Positions 33,640 to 34,924 of a stretch of DNA of 34,924 bases are shown one piece after another. A program made the position numbers and the translations under genes. Each line of letters opens with the position of its first letter. Position 1 is the first letter of the stretch. This DNA is from Octopus sinensis (lineage: Eukaryota). The notes under the pieces were generated by a model. That model saw only the letters and a program-made list of their open reading frames with translations. It had not been told where the DNA came from and did no database searches. The stretch spans positions 1-34,924 of the forward strand of contig NW_021829904.1 in assembly GCF_006345805.1 (NCBI RefSeq), written 5' to 3'.

Positions 33640-33900
33640 AAAACAAGGCTTGAGGCCACTGTAGCCGAAGGATTTCAAAGAAAGAAAACAAAGAGCCTAC
33701 ATATGCGAAAGATGTCGATCGTCAGAAAACTTAAATTACTAAATATCTTGAGTTGAATGATCAGAAGAAAACAAGCTGATGGCTGCGAGTTCCATAGAGA
33801 AGGAATTCGAGGAAAGAAGCTACTAGAATAAAAGTACTTTTGGCTATAAGGAAGCTCAAGTGAGATCATTACACATACAATTTTTCACAACATTTTTCAC
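33640..33900 (-). mobile_element. CR1/L2/Jockey-group LINE ORF2 3' end fragment
   Basis: YSSSFFPRIPSLWNSQP matches the conserved SFFPR..LWNSLP motif. Confidence 0.7.
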
Positions 33901-33921
33901 ACAATCAAAATTTCTCCCTCA

Positions 33922-34305
33922 GGCGACGAGCTGGTAGAAACGTTTGCATGCCGGGCAAAATGCTTTGCAGTATTTCGTCTGCCGTTACGTTTTGAGTTCA
34001 AATTCTGCCGAGGCTGACTTTGCCTTTCATCTTTTCGGGGTCGATTAAATAAGTACCAGTTACACACTGAGATAGATATAATCTCCGTTTGTCTGTCCTT
34101 TCTGTGTTTAGCCCCTTGTGGGTAGTAAAGAAATAGATATTTCGTCTGTTTTTACGTTCTGAGTTCAAATTCCACCAAGGTCGACTTTGCTTTTCATCTT
34201 TTCTGGGTCGAAAATTTAAGTACGAATTACGTACTGGGATCGATCTAATCGACTGGCGCCATCTTCCCAAAAATTTCGGGCCTTGTGCCTAGAGTAGAAA
34301 AGAAA
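33922..34305 (+). mobile_element. Family B SINE dimer
   Basis: Second unit restarts at ATATTTCGTCTG after AAAGAAATAG. Confidence 0.85.
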
Positions 34306-34334
34306 TTTTCCCATTTCTCACGCAGTCACAATAT

Positions 34335-34735
34335 CTCCCTGTCTTTCCTTTTTTTACCTTCTCTCTTCCTTCTCATCTGTCTATGAGTTTCTTTCTCTCT
34401 CTCTCTCTCTCTCTCTCTTGATCATTCCTCACCCATTTCTTTTCTTCTCTTCTACATACACTGCTCCCTCTTTCTAATTTTCACTTCTCTCTCTCTCCTC
34501 TTTTTCTTTTCCCTCCACCTTCTCTCAATTTTCCTATTTACCCTCTCTCTCTCTCCCTCTCCCTCTCCCTCTCTCTCTTAACTCATTCTTCTCTCCTGCC
34601 CCTCCGTCTCTTTTCTCTTGCCTATTTTCCTAATTATCTCTGTCTCTCTTTCCTTTTTCCAACCTCCCTCCTTAATCACTCTCTCTTCCTCAATTTATAT
34701 CCTCACCCCACCCCACCCCAATCCCTCTCTTCCCT
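34335..34735. repeat. CT-rich low-complexity tract
   Basis: Seen directly. Confidence 0.85.
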
Positions 34736-34924
34736 CAACAATATTTTCCAATCTTCATTACTTTATATTCAACAATCAACATTAATAAATAAATATCATT
34801 TTTTTTTCGTATTTTTGATTTTGGTATCTTTCAGTTTTCTTGCAAACTTTCAATTTGATTCTATAATTATTTATTTGTCGATTTTCTTCTTCTTCTTCTT
34901 CTTCTGTTTCTTCTTCTTCTTCTT

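Noticed and set aside
1-34924. CRISPR array or prokaryotic operon
   Set aside because: No regularly spaced repeat-spacer units and no gene-dense coding; the sequence is eukaryotic intronic DNA

Overview
AT-rich, repeat-dense eukaryotic DNA. The SINE, Penelope and microsatellite repertoire strongly suggests an octopus (coleoid cephalopod); this is inferred, not verified. Nearly all listed ORFs are microsatellite or SINE artefacts. Reading splice sites by hand shows a hidden minus-strand protein-coding gene spread over most of the window. It has short exons and microexons (7, 17, 21 and 23 nt). Two blocks chain in frame: 24061-23314 and 11571-1127. The product is unrecognised but loosely resembles agrin-NtA/TIMP-like domains. 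The introns carry: several Penelope-type minimal hammerhead ribozyme motifs (one with a complete consensus, two more inside a ~340-bp palindrome); many fold-back inverted repeats; three tRNA-derived SINE families; a decayed Buster-type hAT transposase; mariner remnants; two non-autonomous Helitrons; a hAT MITE; a Merlin-like MITE with telomere-like repeats; and LINE 3' fragments. Exon calls and repeat boundaries were made by eye and need RNA-seq or homology confirmation.
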